Positions 62,690 to 64,000 of a stretch of 64,000 bases of DNA are shown here, piece after piece. Source of the stretch: Candidatus Omnitrophota bacterium (GTDB taxonomy: Bacteria > Omnitrophota > Omnitrophia > Omnitrophales > Aquincolibacteriaceae); assembly GCA_903884815.1 (NCBI GenBank), contig CAISGE010000004.1:5136-69135 (forward strand), read 5' to 3'. Position 1 is the stretch's first letter. Each line of letters starts with the position of its first letter. Both the position numbers and the translations under genes were made by a program. The notes beneath the pieces were generated by a model, which was not told where the DNA came from, made no database searches, and was given only the letters and a program-made list of their open reading frames with translations.

Positions 62690-64000
62690 TTATCCCTCCA
62701 ACGAAGTTTTCTCTGCGTTTCTATCACTCCGGATACAAGTGTCCACCTTTTCCAAAAGCGTCTTATCCTTCAACACTTTCAGAAAGGCCTCGACAACCAC
62801 CGGATCGAACTGAGTCCCTTGATACTTGACGATCTCCTCCATGGCCTCCTTGACCGTCAATTGTTTCCGATAATGGCGCTTGGAAACCATCGCCATAAAA
62901 GAATCCACCACCGCTACAATGCGCGCGCCCAAAGGGATCTCTTCGCCCTTCATGCCCTGGGGGTACCCTTTCCCGTCATAGCGCTCGTGACGATGCATCA
63001 CGATCGGGAGCACCGGTTTGAGAGAGCTGATCGACCGGAGCAGATTCGCTCCGCGGATCGGAATGCTGCGAATCTCCTCCAGTTCCCGCTGTGTGAGTTT
63101 TTCTTTCTTCTGCCAAGCCTTTTCCGGAAACGCCAATTGCCCCGTATCCAGAAGCAGGATCGCCCGCTCAAGATGAACAAGTTCCGACCCGGGGAGTTCC
63201 ATCTGCTTCCCGACAGCGATCACCATTTCCCCGATGATCTCAATGCTCCCCCGCTCGTCCCCGAAATGTCGCTTCATAAGCTCGTTGATCGTCTTGATGC
63301 TACCGAGCGTCAGCTCCTCCGTACGTTCAAAAAGCTGGGCGTTCTTGATCGCCACAACCGCCTGCTCCGAAAGTGATTTTAGGATCTCAAGGTCCGTTTT
63401 CGTGAATGACTGCCGGTCCACCTTCCCCCATAACGTCATCACCCCCACCACGTCATCTTCGATGAACGGGACTGCGATATAACGATTCTGCAAACAGAAT
63501 TCTCCGGTATCCGCGATATGGCCTTCCAGGCCACGGCCGAACCGCACGCGCTGCTTGTGGACGAACTTGGGATGCGTTCCAAAAGAAAAAAACGGCACCA
63601 GATATTGCCTCTCGGTATCCGTCAAAAGGATCGAACATCCCGAAGCCTTAAGGATCTGGGCACTTAACCGGCCGATACGAGGCAACAGTTCCCGAAGTCG
63701 AAGCGATGAATTAATCACCCGGTGGACCGAGTGCATGGTCGAAAGTGCCAACGCGCGCGGATGAACGGTCTCGTAAAAATTATTCAATTCAAAGTTTTTG
63801 AACGCTAACTCTACCTGACTCGCGAGAAAATAGTAAAAAGGGAGAATGATCGGGCGCACTTCCCGTTCCGGACGTTTCACGCAATCTAAAACGAGGAATC
63901 CCTTCACCGCCCCCAGGTAGCGGAGCGGGAAGACAAGACAATTCTTCCCGAAAGCGCAGCGATAAAATAGGGGGAGTTTTTCAAGGTTCGAAGCATTGTG
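62690..64000 (-). CDS. (PocR-like)-GAF-HD-GYP protein with degenerate metal site; 5' end outside the window
   Basis: Frame is open to 64000 (FYRCAFG..VFPL, PocR-like); GAF (FTKTDLEILKSLSEQAVVAIKNAQL); HERYDGKGYPQG..GEEIPLGARIVAVVD. Confidence 0.87.
   Translation of the reverse strand, partial: HNASNLEKLPLFYRCAFGKNCLVFPLRYLGAVKGFLVLDCVKRPEREVRPIILPFYYFLASQVELAFKNFELNNFYETVHPRALALSTMHSVHRVINSSLRLRELLPRIGRLSAQILKASGCSILLTDTERQYLVPFFSFGTHPKFVHKQRVRFGRGLEGHIADTGEFCLQNRYIAVPFIEDDVVGVMTLWGKVDRQSFTKTDLEILKSLSEQAVVAIKNAQLFERTEELTLGSIKTINELMKRHFGDERGSIEIIGEMVIAVGKQMELPGSELVHLERAILLLDTGQLAFPEKAWQKKEKLTQRELEEIRSIPIRGANLLRSISSLKPVLPIVMHRHERYDGKGYPQGMKGEEIPLGARIVAVVDSFMAMVSKRHYRKQLTVKEAMEEIVKYQGTQFDPVVVEAFLKVLKDKTLLEKVDTCIRSDRNAEKTSLEG

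Overview
Bacterial chromosomal segment in which every credible gene lies on the minus strand. It carries housekeeping blocks: thiolase, cNMP-patatin, PilZ-yajQ-PilZ, two SPOR proteins, lepB-lepA-rpe, trpBA, batD/E-like genes, pcrA, gcvT-H-PA-PB with a lipoyl ligase, and a dcw block murE-murF-mraY-murD-ftsW-murG-murC-ddl-ftsQ-ftsA. Two PVC-superphylum marker genes plus a giant gene suggest Candidatus Omnitrophota (inference). The main feature is a 19-kb gene (22045-41094, 6349 aa) that reads like a secreted polyprotein. It has a signal peptide and a TraB/Tiki/ChaN-like N-terminal domain, then about ten unrelated cargo modules (kinase-like, M48 peptidase, ABC1/UbiB kinase, two further HExxH modules, a multi-TM module, HD domain, two ART-like modules, UPF0489), then a C-terminal domain. 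Most module boundaries carry the pentapeptide R-S-E-x-R (9 exact copies, about 8 near copies). Its codons vary synonymously, so selection appears to act on the peptide, suggesting a processing site. Two modules begin with their own signal-peptide-like segment just after the motif. Other oddities: palindromic DNA elements inserted in frame in the giant gene, a family of 7-bp-periodic inverted repeats, an FtsA with eroded ATP motifs and no downstream ftsZ, a degenerate HD-GYP protein, and a homopolymer frameshift in an EEP gene. I saw no rRNA, tRNA, CRISPR array or transposase. All domain calls are by-eye motif recognition, not database hits.
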